A DNA stretch of 63,792 nucleotides, counting the filler, from Basidioascus undulatus (Eukaryota): the NCBI GenBank assembly GCA_000826855.1. It is 7 parts of 7 records of this genome, joined end to end, with 100 filler letters (N's around TTAATTAATTAA, not from the genome) between each part and the next. Parts side by side here need not be neighbours in the genome. Positions count along the whole stretch, not along the records: positions 45,683 to 54,689 come from JTLS01001311.1; positions 54,790 to 63,792 come from JTLS01001312.1; 5 more parts are not named here. The stretch is one strand, 5' to 3'. How positions within the stretch are numbered: the stretch's first letter is position 1; each line of letters opens with the position of its first letter. Shown piece by piece: positions 50,901 through 63,792 of this stretch. The notes beneath the pieces were generated by a model. That model searched no databases, was not told the origin of the DNA, and saw only the letters and a program-made list of their open reading frames with translations. Both the position numbers and the translations under genes were made by a program.

Positions 50901-53165
50901 CTCCTTGGTGCCGCTCTGCGCACTCTCCAGCGCACGAACGATGCCCTCGTCTATCCCCTCCGCGTTGGCCGCGAAGGGGGGCGTCGCGGACGTGCTCGGG
51001 CCCGCGTCGGGCGTAGCGGCGGACAGGTCGCCAGACGACTCGGTCTGGAGACCGGTCTGCGCGCCCGAGGCGCCGGGCCCGAAGAGGTCGCGGATGGACG
51101 TCTTGTCCATGCGCGTCAGGAGACGCTCATACCTGCGAGTTGCGGCAAGGGGCACGAGGGAGACCTGTCAGCGACATGCGGTGGTGGGAATGGAGCCCGC
51201 GAATACAGGCTGCAACGCACCAGAAGCGGGCGAGCGGGCTAAGGGGGACGAAAAGCGTCGTCTCCACCCTGGGTGGGACCGTGACCGCGACTGTGTCCTT
51301 TGTGCTGTTCACACAACGCGCAGCATCAGAATACTAGCAGCGCATGCAAGGGACGTTATGAGCCAGACGCACCGACGCAGCATGATGAGCGCGAGGAGGC
51401 GCTGTGCACAGGACAGGAACGCGGGGTCGACGTTGCCCTTCGTGAGATCGAACGAGGCGGAGAACGCGGCGGATGTGGCGGCGGTGAAGAGCGTGGGGTA
51501 GAGCCAGTGGAAGAGGGACCAGACTGTTTGTCAAAGAATGCCTGCAGGTAAGCTCGCTGATCGAAAGGTGACTTGAGCCGAAGCATTGGCTGAAATGACT
51601 TGCGCTCAAACATCTGTGGCGATCGCACATGTATCAGTAAAGAGACGCAATTGCAATGAGATCCCGAAGACACACGTTGTTCTGCAGCGGCGTGCCCGTC
51701 AGAAGAAGACGGTACTGCGAGCCGAAGCCCTGCGTCGACTTCGAGATCGCCGTCTCGGCGTTCTTGATCTGCATCGGGGGTCAGTGAGTGATAAGTGTAT
51801 TATCTGCCAACGGGATTGGCTCGAGCGCACCTTGTGGCCCTCGTCGAGAACGAAGTACTTCCACCCTCCGCGGAGCTTGAGGTACGTGTTCTCCGCCGCG
51901 TAGGACTCGTAGGTGCAAACGACGATGTCGGGGTTAGAGTTCTGCAAAGACGCCTTGACGGCCGCGCGCTCGTTCGCCGATCCGTGGAGCTGGTCCGTCC
52001 ATCCTCCCATCAGAGCCAGGTCAAGGAATGCGAGCACAGAGCAACAGAAACGCACCCGGACGGCGGTAGCGCTCGGGTACCAGCGCTTGATCTCGTTCAT
52101 CCAGGACGAGAGGACCGAGAGCGGGCAGACGATGAGGTGCGGGCCCGACACGTCGTGGCGCTCCTTGAGGTACGCGAGGAGCGCGATGGTCTGCAGCGTC
52201 TTGCCGAGGCCCATCTCGTCGCCGAGGATCGCGTTCATGCCGTTCTCGTACATCCACGCGAGGAACGACAGGCCGACGAGCTGTTCACACAAGTCCAATC
52301 AAAATGAATCACGACAGACCCGAAAAAGCCATAAGCAGGAGAAAAGACGCACCTGGAAGTCGCGCATCTCACCGCCCTTGATCAGGCTCGGCTGTTGGTC
52401 GATCTCCTCGTACTGCACAAAGTGCCTGCCCTTGCTACCCGCCTCCTTGGCTTCCTTCTCCGTCGGCTCGAACGCCTTGTCCCGCCCAGGCAGGAGGGGC
52501 TCGAACGTCGACCTGTAGCGCATGAAGAAGAGCGCGCGCTGGAGGTGGTGCGTGGGCGTCTCCTTCGGCCCGCCGTTCACCACGAGCTTGATCTTCTTGT
52601 TGCTGTCGGATGGCGTCGCGCCCTCGCCCTCGCCCTCGCCGCCCTTGGGCGTCCGCTTGCTCGAGGACGGCGTGGACGACGCCTTGCGCTTCGTCGGCGG
52701 ACGCGGGGTCGCGAACGTGTACTGGCTCGGCTTGCGCTCGCGCAGCGAGTACGAGTTGGAGCGGGGCAGCGTCGCGGGTTGCTGCTGCTGTTGCGGCGCA
52801 GCCATAGGCGTGTCGGGAGCGCTCTGCGCCTGCGCCTGCGCCTGCGCAGGCTCGGCCGGGAGAATGGGGACCGCAGGTTGAGTGATTGGCGCCGCAACTG
52901 GCTGCTGGGGGGCTGCAGGCGCGTTGGGGGCGCTCTGGGTCGGCGCCTGCGTAGCCTCGACCGGGAGAGCGGGGACCGGAGGCTGGGCGATGGGCGCAGC
53001 GGACGGCTGCTGCACCTCGGCGGGGACGTCGGGAAGCTGCTGATTCTTGGGCGGGGACGCAACGAACGCGGGCGTCTGCGCCGGAGTCGTCGCAGGCGTC
53101 GTGCCGTCGAGCGGTGTCGGCGTCGACGTAGATGGCGCCGTCGCCGATGTTGTTGACTCAGACAT
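47962..53165 (-). CDS. SNF2-family chromatin-remodelling ATPase (ISWI-related) with C-terminal PHD/Cys-His fingers
   Basis: [52 protein letters not shown]. Tail [42 protein letters not shown]. Confidence 0.92.
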
Positions 53166-54689
53166 TATCTTGAAAAAAGTGAACTAAAAAGTGATATCCT
53201 ATCGTCCAAGCGGAGCCAGGACGGTGAGGAGAGACAGGTGGGTAAGCAGGGAGTGCAAAACGCCCATGGCCGGGGTTCGGCAAGCCAATCGGAATAGATC
53301 ACGTGCTGGCAATTTCGTGTAATTGGCAAGATAAAGAAGCAAAAAGATGAGAAAAAGAACTAACTTTAAAAGCACACGATGGAACGCAGGAAAATGGTGC
53401 GGCTGAAAGCTGGTATGAGTTGGAAGTCGCTGCGGCCCGGGATGGAGGAAGAAAAAGGCCACAAATGAAGTAGGACGCGTCCTCGACGCGTCTTCCTGCA
53501 CACTTTCGCGACTTCGCTCGCCGCTTGATGGCAGAGCTCGTGTCCGCTGGTGGGACTGCTGTAGGGGGCTGTAGTAGCCGAGGTGGCCAGTACTGCCAGT
53601 TTCATTAAGAAAGTCATTAATACAAGATGAAATGAACCATTTGTTTGCATTTGAGCGCTCGCCTGCAGCCCTTTTCTACCGGCTTGCCAACCCAGTACAC
53701 ATTACTGAGATTCACCTGACCATGGGTCTCTCGAGGACATCAAAGATCCAGTCCATTACTACAATCCAATTACTCCAACGCGGTTGATGGAGACAACGCA
53801 CACTCTCTTCAGCAGACTCGAAGGCCCTCGGCCCGCCAAATTGCACTTCCATCTCCACCACCCCCATCAGAGCTTATCGCAGGTGAACAACAACCCAAAT
53901 ACCCCAAAAATGCCAGTGTTTCACCTACGGTTATATATTGAAGGCCGTTGAATCTCCAACTGTCGACAACACGGGGCTCTCCCAAGTGGGGACTAGCCCC
54001 ACACTCGTCTAGCTTCAAGCTGACTGCGACGCTTGGTCTTGTAAATCTTGGCAACCCACATAGCGCCACGGTGAAGCTGAAAGGGGAGGGGAGCCTCTGA
54101 AGGCGGATTTTGAGATGTTACGATAGAGCTACTTAGCAAGTGAGGTAAAATTTTGACTGTAAAAAGGACACGATGTTGGAGAGAGGACAACCGGTGGCAC
54201 GGGCCAGGGGCAACGAGGTTGATGAAGGATGAGCGTGAAGAAAATGGTCACAGTCCCAGTCGAGCAGCCCATGCTTTTTCAAGAACAGCCATTTAATTTC
54301 GGATAAATCTTTTTCCGAAGTTTTTACTAATCACACTCACCTGTACCGGTGGCACCTCGCCGTCGCTTCAAGCCGCCGCTGTCTGCCAGCTGTGCTGCGT
54401 GCAGCCTGGCATTTCACCTGCCCTTCAAGTCGGGCGCAATCAGTGAATACGGTACATTATCAGCCTGCATACTCTTCCCAAGGTTTCTGCACCGAAAATC
54501 CCCAATGACCTTCCCCAAAAAGCATCCGCCCCCATTCAAAGCATCCGGCCTCCCATCCCAATCAAGCTTCAAAGCGTCATCCCCTCCCCTCTCCTCCCCT
54601 TCTTACACCCGAGTCCTCCTCCTCTCTCCCCTTTCTTCCTAAAGTATCTCAAATATCGATATCCAACAGCTCAGCTCTCCCTACCCCTA

Positions 54690-54789
54690 NNNNNNNNNNN
54701 NNNNNNNNNNNNNNNNNNNNNNNNNNNNNNNNNTTAATTAATTAANNNNNNNNNNNNNNNNNNNNNNNNNNNNNNNNNNNNNNNNNNNN
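54690..54789. other. Artificial contig linker
   Basis: N44-TTAATTAATTAA-N44. Confidence 0.97.
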
Positions 54790-56894
54790 GCGGAGGGGAA
54801 GGAAGCATGGACGCGAGGGGGTACTCACAGGGAATGAACGATCGCGTCGCCGAATGAACGGCTTTTGAGATCAACGCCAATGGGCTAGATGAAAGTATCG
54901 ATGAGATGGAGATGGAGGAAGGTGGTCCGGGGCGGGGAAGGTGGTGGTGGAGATCGAGAGAGAGAGGACAAGTGGACAAGGCGCGAGGTGGGGGGAGATA
55001 TACCGGCTGATCGACTGGGTGTCGTTAGTCCGAATGGGACTGAATCGCGATTGTCAAGTCGTCCAGGACGGGAGGAGGCTCAGGGCAGGGCGCCTGGGGT
55101 CGCGGTCTGAGGCGGCTCAGCTCAGCCCAGCTGGGTGAGACGCGTATGTCGGTCGAGCAACCGTGTGTGGTCCGTCCCGATCTCAAGGTCAAGGGCTTGG
55201 CCTTGGCTGCCGTGTGCTTGAGATGGAAAGAGAGGGTGTAGGGTGTATTTTGCACGGGGATTTGTAGGTGGTGATGGGAGCAGCCAGCGAAGACTGGGAC
55301 GAGCACTGAGCAGACAGGGGAGAGACTGGAAAGGAGGCAAGGAGGCACTTCGGGCGCGGGGCGCTCAGCTGGCGACTGCTCGCGACGGCGCTCGACCGAC
55401 GGCAGCTCGGCGCGCACCGATCGACACCCCGTCACCGACGCGTTTCATCAACCACCCCCAAATTCAAACACTTATCTTTTTATTTCTTTCAGTCTGTCTC
55501 TACTCATGAAGTGTTGCACTCTGACAAAATAATTATGTGGATATCCCTCGATGGGCGTACTTTCGACCTCATTAACGAGCAGCAGAAAAGGAGCGCGATG
55601 CGCCAGCCCACGTGCGCTCACAAACTCAACCGCCTCCATACATACATCCCACACTACTGTAGCGCCTGCGGGTGTTCCTCCTCGCCCGCTCGCCCGCTCA
55701 CGAGAAGATCGACAGGGCCGCAGTCGTCTCCTCCATCCCGTTCCCAAACCTTCACCATCACCATCGTAGGCGGATCACCATAAGGACCTCGTGTGCGAGA
55801 AAGATTACTTGACGACGAGCGAGATGAAAGAAGTAATGGAAAGAAGAAACCGACGTCATCTTGATAACTCCGTATACGCCGATTACCGGAGACGCCCCGA
55901 GCGAGCGCGAATCCCGCCCCCGCCACCGGCGGGGAGCCCAGCGGGGGCACGTTCACAACCCCCTTCTTTCTCCTCTGGCAATTTCAGCAGTGAATTGATC
56001 ATGAAATTGATTATGGATGCAAAGAACAAAGAACGGAAGGAGAAAGGCAAAGGCCAGCCTCGGTAGAATGTGAATTGCGAGAAGTGTGTGATCACTGATC
56101 ACTAATGGCCATTCGCGAAGGCGGCCGATCCTCGGTGAATTCGCTGCTGCAGGACACGCATGGCAACTTGATCAGGTGCGTTTAACCTCCGTCGACTCTG
56201 CAGCGCGGATGGGAGTGGTTGAGAGTACGAGGCAAGAGGTGGGGAGCATGTGGGTCCGGGAGCAGTGAAGAGGGGGAAGAGAGGGAAGGGTCTGGAGGTG
56301 GGGCAGGTGATGGGTGGGATTGGCGTTTGCTCATGGTCCGTTGATGCCTTGCAGCCTAGTTTTGTGAGAGGCATGCGAGCTTGTGGCTTTGCACATAGGG
56401 GTTGGGAAGGCGACGCACTGCGAGATACGGTCCGGCCGGTCCGGGCTTAGGATCGAGGGTCGAAGGAGGGAGTGAGGAAGGCCAGGCAACTCAGAGACGG
56501 TCCGTTTGGTGCAACCTCCCTGGCTAAAAGAAAAGCAACTCTGATGCTAGCCTTCCTGTTCAGAGCTATGAGATACAACACCTAGAGCAGCTGCTCAGCA
56601 TGCAATGGACCGCCCTGTGAACACGCTGGGACGACGCTCTTCCACCGCGCAGCAGGTAAGTAGTCGCAAAGAGTCAGAAGCATGCAAATTGAGAAAAGAG
56701 TACCGAATCTTTCAGGGCCAAATCCCTTTCGACGATACTCGTAGAGTTGAGATGGTCGGTTGCGCAGAGTCTGCATCCATCCTCGAGCGTGGGCGGTGGT
56801 CAGCGGTCGGGGGGTCCGGTTGATGGATATACTACTTGCGTGGTCTGTGTAGGTGGTGTACTTTGGAAAGCTGCTCGTATCGCCGGAACGAAAG

Positions 56895-56938
56895 GTGGTT
56901 GGGATATCTGAAGACTGTGGTTGGGATATCTGAAGACT
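56895..56938. repeat. Perfect 22-bp tandem duplication GTGGTTGGGATATCTGAAGACT
   Basis: Two adjacent exact copies at 56895-56916 and 56917-56938. Confidence 0.9.
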
Positions 56939-59576
56939 TGGAGGAGGTTGCGAATGGATGCAAAGGATGCCGGGGCATGGGGAGGTGTTTGATGAGAAAC
57001 TGACTGGCAGTGGTACCGGTAGGTAGGCGCACTGTTTGAGGAGAAAGATAACTGGGTTCCTTCCTCAGATAGAGATAACATGTCTGTTCTACTGAATGGT
57101 AAGAATGCAAGTCACCCTGGTCACAGACTGCGCGACGTCTGACTGGTCGCTGCTTTCAGTTCCTCCTTATCCCGGCTTGATGCAAATAAAATCCCTTAGT
57201 TTACACTGTAACTTATTATGAAGACTGTGGTGGTCGAAGGGCCACCCTCCACCTCCTATACTGGTGAAACTAGTGCTGCATACGGAGCGGCTGCTACGAG
57301 GCACGGTCCAGGATTCAACCGTTTTACTAAGGTATTGTCAATTTTTGGGTATCTCGGTGCGGATGGATGCAGCAACTGCCAGGATTGAACGTGTTCTCCT
57401 GCCTGCCACCTGCATGCCTGGCCAGCTTGATCCTGCGCTGCGAACTCTCATTATAACACTCCACATTGCGTCGCTTGAAACTTATTAGAACACAACACCA
57501 ATCTAATACGTTCAAATCATTAATGTCCAAGCGTCACAGTTTTGCGGTGCAGCGAGTCTTGTAGTGCAGCGAGCGACGGTCTGGGGTCCGCTGTCGCCCC
57601 TCCCTCGCCTTTCGCCCAGTCGCTACCGCGGCGCTTTGCCACCGAGCACCAACTTCTGGCCTAGATCTCGACTCCTCCCTTAGCCTCGCCCCTTCCCCTC
57701 CGGCCCTTCCCCTCCGGCCCTGCTATCAACCACACGTAAGCCCCCATCCAGCTTCCTTTCAGGCTAGGGACACCTCCCCTTTTCCTTTTCCGGGCTCCGG
57801 TGGGCGGTGGACGGCAAGGCGGCTCAACGCGGGCGCAGGAGCCTGGGGCGAAGTTGGTCCTGTCCGAGAATCGGCCGTATAAGGGTGTTTTCCGGGTTTC
57901 GCATCCCCTCCGTGATGGATGTTCCACCAGTGCATCTCCTCCACGAGGCGCTGGCTCGCTGCGTGACATGCCGGCTGCTCTGCCTAAAACCTTGGGTACC
58001 CGCTTGGCGGGGATTGGCTCCGGATAGCTTGTAAAAGTTATCTAGGGGCGCGCTGGGCTGCATCTAGAGGAGGGCGGAGGGGAGGATGGCCGAGGAGAAG
58101 GGGAGACGGGGATGCGGAAAGGTGCGTGCCGACGGCGGCGAAGTGCTCGCCGGGGGAGGCCACTCGGGCGTCTCGTACCGCGGCTGAGTGTCGCAGATCT
58201 GCCGCAAGATACCTCAAAGGGCCCCTTGTTTCGTGCGGCTGAAGTCCACGTTTGTAGCAAAACTCGCTGCCCCGAACGTGCAGGTTTCGAGGCCGGCATC
58301 TTGCAGGCTCTTGGAGCTCGCACCCGTCGAGTGCTGGCTGGCAAGTCCAATGGATGATGTCCTAAAGCATCTTGGGCCTAATACAAATCTTTCTCTTGAT
58401 TATGTTCAACGTCTACCAGTCTACATGTTTTTCATGCAACCCCGCCCGCTTGATACAAGTAAGCCGGGGACGGGCTATTCTTCTGGCTCCCAATGCACGT
58501 GCGGTATTTGCATGAAGTATGCATGATTGGATTGTTTTCCGCATTCTGTCTCGAGCCTAAGCAGGCCCGTCTCAACTATGTTATCCACTGCCGGCCAAAG
58601 AGCGGGATGCCAGTCCAGGCACTGCCCCCGACATTCGAGCCTACCCCTAAGGCCCTCAATCCTTAGCATCTCCAAACGAAGCAGTGCTACGAGCCCTCCT
58701 GGCAGTATTGCGTGATTGGGACCCATACAAGGTCCATATCCCCAGCACTTGGATTCAACGAGCTTTCTAGGAACCCGTACATGTACCACGAGCGGCTTTA
58801 GTCTAAGATTGTGACGAGAGGTTCTCGAAGCTCGAAGCAGAATATCAAGCAGGCAATCGGTGCCGAGAATAATATGGCCCATAACAGTCTATTCCTAAAT
58901 GTCAGTTAAAACACCGGAAGAATCATGTTTCTCCTTGGGGTGGGCGCCTAAGGTACCTTTGCAAGAACGTCCAGTGAACGTGCGTTGTGAGAGGGCGTGA
59001 TGGGCTGGTGCGTGTACGTCGCTCAGGTCAATGACTGCTACAATCACTGATAGCGAGAATGTTGACGGAAGACACATTTCAGCTCCTTTGGCAAATCAAG
59101 ATGAAAGGCAGGTGGCAGCATGCACGCTCGTGTCGCATCGCAATCTTCTAGCACTGTCCGGCGAATTCTCTCGCCTCGGCCGACATTCCTGCTCATTCCG
59201 CGACCCCTCTGACGGCCCGTCCTTCCTTATACTCAGAGCCAATCCTTTGATTGGGCCATTCCGACCAAGCGAAAGGCTTTTCAACAACGTACCTGGTACG
59301 GGCATCTGGACAACGGAAGTGATCGCGATCACGCACTCGCTCTTCTGCAAGGGCCCTCAAACTGGTATCCCTCAACCTGCCGTCGCTTGAACGGTTTCAC
59401 GTCCACGCGCTGCTTCGTACCACTTCTTGAGGGCTCTTGCCGTGGCCCTCTGTCCAGGTTTCCGGGGCGTTCAAGACAACCAACATATACGAAGTTGGAA
59501 GCTCCCAATCTTCGGCTCACATCCTTCGTGCCCTCCAAGACATCTCTGCTAGTCGGCATACGCCACTATAGACGAC

Positions 59577-60120
59577 ATGACTGTCATGGCGCACGAAAGC
59601 ATCACTCTCGAAATCGCGCAGACGCAGCCGGTCGGCGTCGTCAACGGCAACCACGGCGCCAACATCAGCCACATTCAGCAGCAGACGGGCGTGCACGTTG
59701 AGATCGATTGGGAGTCTCGATCGCTCACCTTGACAGCGTGGGCGGACGAGCACGCTTCGGCGGGTCAGAAGCTGCAGGCAGGTGACATGCGTCTCTAAAG
59801 CTGTTACAGCTGGTGCAGGTGAGCAAACTGCATGGACTGGCCGTCAACTGACATGCATGAGGCGGTTGAACTCGCAGGACCTCATCCTAAACGTCATCGA
59901 CGAGCTCGAGAGCAAGGTATACTCCGAGGAGAACGCAGCGGGTTCGCTGCCCATTCCGCCTGACCTGCAGACCAGGCCAGATCTAGTCTCAGGGCGGAAG
60001 GCGCGCAACTTCGAAACGATCAAGTACAGGATCTGGCTGTCGCGTATTCCTCAGCCCGAGGGGGGGCGCACTGCTCATGGTGCCATTTACGAAGGAGGCG
60101 GACTTGGAACGTGCACAGGT
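59577..60120 (+). CDS. KH-domain (RNA-binding) protein or fragment; 3' end uncertain
   Basis: ITLEIAQTQPVGVVNGNHGANISHIQQQTGVHVEI has a GxxG loop in KH context. After an intron it continues DLILNVIDELE. Confidence 0.6.
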
Positions 60121-61486
60121 ACGCATGTAGTTTTGGGGTGCTGCGGTTGTTCGAGCAGCTGATACATGGGGTTGGGCAGGTTATGTGCTTGGGGCTGTTT
60201 GAGTTGTTGATAGAAGGGGACTTCAAAACGAGGAGGGCGCTGGCACAGAGCTTCCGGTTCGCCGTGCCAAGGAGGCAGAGCATAATGCAGAGGAAGGAGG
60301 AGAAACAAGCCAAGCAGCCTGAATGTATTATAGCGTAGATCATTTGGCCTTTACAATCTCACAAACTCCAGAGTGGAAAGCGCATATATACAAGACAGGG
60401 CTGCGCTTACAACGAGGTTGTCAAACGTGACCTGAGAAGAAATTGCAGCAAGTTCGGTCGTTCTGAAGCAAGACATTTGGGTGCACCTTCCTGTACAGTC
60501 GCTGTAATCGCTCACCCTCTTGCAAGTCGGCATTCCAAACAGACTCTCGACCACTCCCTATTCTATTGAGGTAAGACGCCAAGACCTACCCGAGCGTTGT
60601 GCCGCACCGTTGCATTTGGGGGAGGGAAAAGGCTCTGCTCCCTCCGCCGAACGCCCAGCTTCTGCTAAATGATGACTCACTTAAGATTGTCCTGTACGTT
60701 TCTCCTGAGTTTGAGGTGTTAATGGGGTTGTTTAGTGTTTATAAGGCAGTTTGAGTTTGCACAACACCGTACGAGAGATGCTCTGATTTCCGACACTCCT
60801 CCGACTCGCTCTGGCCAGCTGTCAGTGCCTGACAGACGCCGTGTATCTTCCCTTAGACTAGGGCCAACGGTTTGAAAGCATTTCTGGGGATGGAAGTGCA
60901 CCGCTGGGCCCGAGTGGACATGGGAGAACTTGCACAGCGGACTCGACGTCATGTACGAATTGGACATTGCCGTTTGGCAAGATGAGATGGTATCAGTTCC
61001 GGCAAGAAGTTTTCGGTGCTAATCCTTGAAATTTGAGTACTCTGGGCGGAAAGGCGAGACTGGCATTCGGCTGAACAGGCGACCTCGGTTCGTTGTCCTC
61101 GTTGGCCCATCTTGCACTGCACTCTTGCGGTAATCCGTCCTAACTGACCGATAAGAGAAAATTGGGCTAGAATTTTGCCAAAGAATTTTTCTGGTTGTTT
61201 GCGAATACTCGTACTCTGATTGCTTGTCTTTTTGGGGGCAGACCTTGGCGGACCGACCTTTACAGGAGCATCTTGGCCCGTCGACTATCCTCATCATTCT
61301 TAGGACTGTCGCTTTCCCTTTCTTCTGCTTGTGAAGCTCTTGCTCAAGATTCAAGAAGAAAGTCCTGGAGCTTGCCAAAGTCTCATCTTTGCGAGACATG
61401 GCACTACGACTAACTACACAGGAGCGCGCTGCTCCACCAAACGCCCTTGTGGCCTGCACCTTTTGCACCTCTTCCACAGCTTCGCC

Positions 61487-61744
61487 ATGACCAACCCATC
61501 CCGTTTGCTTCTCAAACGCCTTCCGCCGGATGTCATTAAGCAAATTCTCCTGATTCTCCACGAGCCGCCGAACCCCTCGTCCATTCCGAGCCGTTACGCC
61601 CCGCTCCAGGCACTCTCCTTGATGTGCCCCGCTCTCGCTCGCGCTGCACAAGAGGTGCTCTTTCGGGACTTGCGGATGTCGAGCACCGCGCAGTGGGGGG
61701 ATTTGGAGGTCCTAAACGGAGATAACAGCGTCGGACGTCTATGA
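61487..61744 (+). pseudogene. F-box-like N-terminal fragment
   Basis: RLPPDVIKQILLIL...LQALSLMCPALARAAQEVLFRDL, then a stop with no clear continuation. Confidence 0.5.
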
Positions 61745-63231
61745 GTGTGCGTCCGATCTTCACGTTCTCCGCTCACCAACGCGGCTAACTGGTGATTGTC
61801 TTGGAACGCAAGTGTTGAGTAGAAAACCTAGTGACCTCTTAGGGCAATGCTGACGATACAGCTCGCAGACCGCACGTTCAACGTGGTCGGCCCCCGCAAG
61901 CACATGCGTGTACGTAGGACCAAACGTCGCCAGCCTGACTACAAGTTATATATGTGGGAGGATCTATTCCCTGTCTGGGGATGTACTTGCTGACATTTGG
62001 ACCGCAGGGAGTAAGCCGCCCACGCTCGACCTTTCGATAACGGTCCAGTTTCTCACCTTTACTTGCAGCAATTGTTCTTGACTTCATAATCATGTCACTT
62101 GCCATGATAAAACTTGTAAGATATCGCAAAGTCGCTGATCAGAGGTACGTTCCATTTCTAGGCGCGCTTTGGCTTGATCTGATGGATGCCCTCCCAGCGG
62201 AACCACTACTTTACTTTCCCAGCAGGGATTGATATACTTCATCGTCACATTCCTTGGGTCAGTTCTCGAAGCCAACAAGGCTGTAGTATGGTGCTGAGCG
62301 GTCTTTCACAGGAACCTGACTGTCCTGATCCTTCTACGCTACAACTTGTCATGTCGGTGAGCCTGAGGCCTTGAGCGGGTGATCTCGTGCTGCGACGAAG
62401 ACGAGGGAGGGAGGACAGCACTACATAAGTAAGGAAAGCAAGAAAATTTTCGCAAGTGTGTCCCTGAAAACCCTTTGTTGAGGCGAGGACCCGTGAGTGG
62501 AGCAACTGTGACGGGTTTGGCGCATTAATATTGTACGAGACTCAACGACGAAGCCCAGGTCGATATCATAGACTGTGGTTCTATCGAAAGTTCAAGTATC
62601 ATAGGAAAACTCCACTTAAACTATGCATGCGTATATCGGGCAAGGTTGAAAGGATCCACTGTGGGTCTTTCCGACGCCCTAGCCCACGCTGCAGTGGTTG
62701 CCAACTTGCAACGTCCTCCCGGGCTGTTAGGCGGGAGGTCTACCCTTGGAATGAGAGAACCAAGTAAGAGGCTTGTGGCACAACGTAGCACGATGGTTCG
62801 TGCACGGCATGCAGGTTCGAGTCCAGCTCAGTTCGGCTTTGCTTTTGGAAATGGCCGATCCTTATGCGGCCCTCCGCGCTACACAGTGTAGTTTTGTTAT
62901 CAGCTGGTAAAGCATTTCGGCTCAACAAAAGAGGCGAAATAATGAGAGAAGGGCATTGGTTGTCCTCCCCTCTCCCTACGCCGCAGAGCTTGTATCTGCT
63001 ACCCGCTTTCGTGAGCCACGCCCGCCTTGCTGTACTGCACATCCCTCATCACACTCTCCAAGGTGAACCGCAAATTCTATCCTCGATTGGGAAAACAATG
63101 GGTATCATAGTAAAGCTCGCATATAAGACTACACGTTATCCCTATCGGGCGGCCGTCCACACATTCCGAGAAAAAGAGAGTGAAAGCAACGAAAAAGCAA
63201 ACGTTCCGTGCGACCGTCCGTCCATCCGGGT

Positions 63232-63792
63232 CTACACCAAGCTCATCATGACGACTGCGCGCAGGCTGTGAAGCTTGCCGAGCTCGGGGTCCTCCTCCCC
63301 TCCTGCACCGGCGCTCGTGCGCACTGCAGCACGCACGTTCGCGAGGTACTCCTCGCTGCGGACGGTGGAGCTCTTCCAGCCTGTGTTGCCCATCCCCCAA
63401 TCAATCAGCCTCGGCTACACATAGCACGAGGAGGGAACGAGGGCAAGGAAAGAGGAGTCAAGGGGAAAGAGGTGGAGAGGGGAGAGAAGAGAAAGAGCAG
63501 GGAAGAGGAAAGACCAACGCACCCCACGATTGGCTAACCGCAAAGTTGTCCGGGCAGCTCGAAAACCGCGTGAGCGCTGTGCCGCCCGCGCTCGGGCACG
63601 CGATCGAGAAGCATGCGCGGAGCGTCTTGCGCGGGTCGCGGTACGGCGCGGGCGGGGGGGCGCTGGCGATCGGCGTCGGGGTGCTCGGGGTCGGGGTGCT
63701 CGAGAAGGAGGAGGGGAGGGAAGAGACAGTGCCGGATTGGATACGGGATTGGGAGGAGGGCGTGCGCGTGATCGGGAGGGGGGTGCTGTGGC
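63232..63792 (-). CDS. C-terminus of a fungal BTB/POZ-domain protein (family inferred from the tail motif)
   Basis: PYRDPRKTLRACFSIACPSAGGTALTRFSSCPDNFAVSQSWG/WKSSTVRSEEYL...SLRAVVMMSLV-stop. The SQSWGWKSS motif is recalled from fungal BTB proteins; the BTB domain itself is outside the window. Confidence 0.6.

Noticed and set aside
62768..62835. Possible tRNA (TGGCACAACG and GGTTCGAGTCC box-like motifs, GCACGA/TCGTGC hairpin)
   Set aside because: Box spacing is too short and no acceptor stem can be formed; at best a relic.

Overview
Intron-rich, GC-rich fungal genomic DNA. It is basidiomycete-like and probably Pucciniomycotina, inferred from GTGCGY donors, GCTGAC branch points and gene content. 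The window is not one locus: seven ~9 kb contigs (9058, 9053, 9041, 9019, 9011, 9007, 9003 nt) are joined by six artificial N44-TTAATTAATTAA-N44 linkers. Recognisable genes: NOP13 (3' part), COX7, an Rds1/ferritin-like secreted protein, tRNA-Gly(GCC), a CAP64-like SGNH hydrolase fragment, an ALDH fragment, a MARVEL protein, ARO7, DAM1, LHS1 (3' part), a cytochrome P450, PEX6, metacaspase MCA1, an 18-exon subtilisin, VPS39 (5' part), an SNF2 remodeller with PHD fingers, a KH protein and a BTB-protein tail, plus several decayed genes. The top finding is an intact 5-exon gene for a ribonucleotide reductase small-subunit homologue. It has lost the radical Tyr and several iron ligands but keeps the exact R1-binding tail FTLDADF. 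Other highlights are an 86-aa MGCGSSK-led ubiquitin-fold protein not represented as a full ORF in the track, a 2-nt microexon in MCA1, and a CpG-erased palindromic repeat array next to the tRNA. All gene models were spliced by eye and no searches were run.
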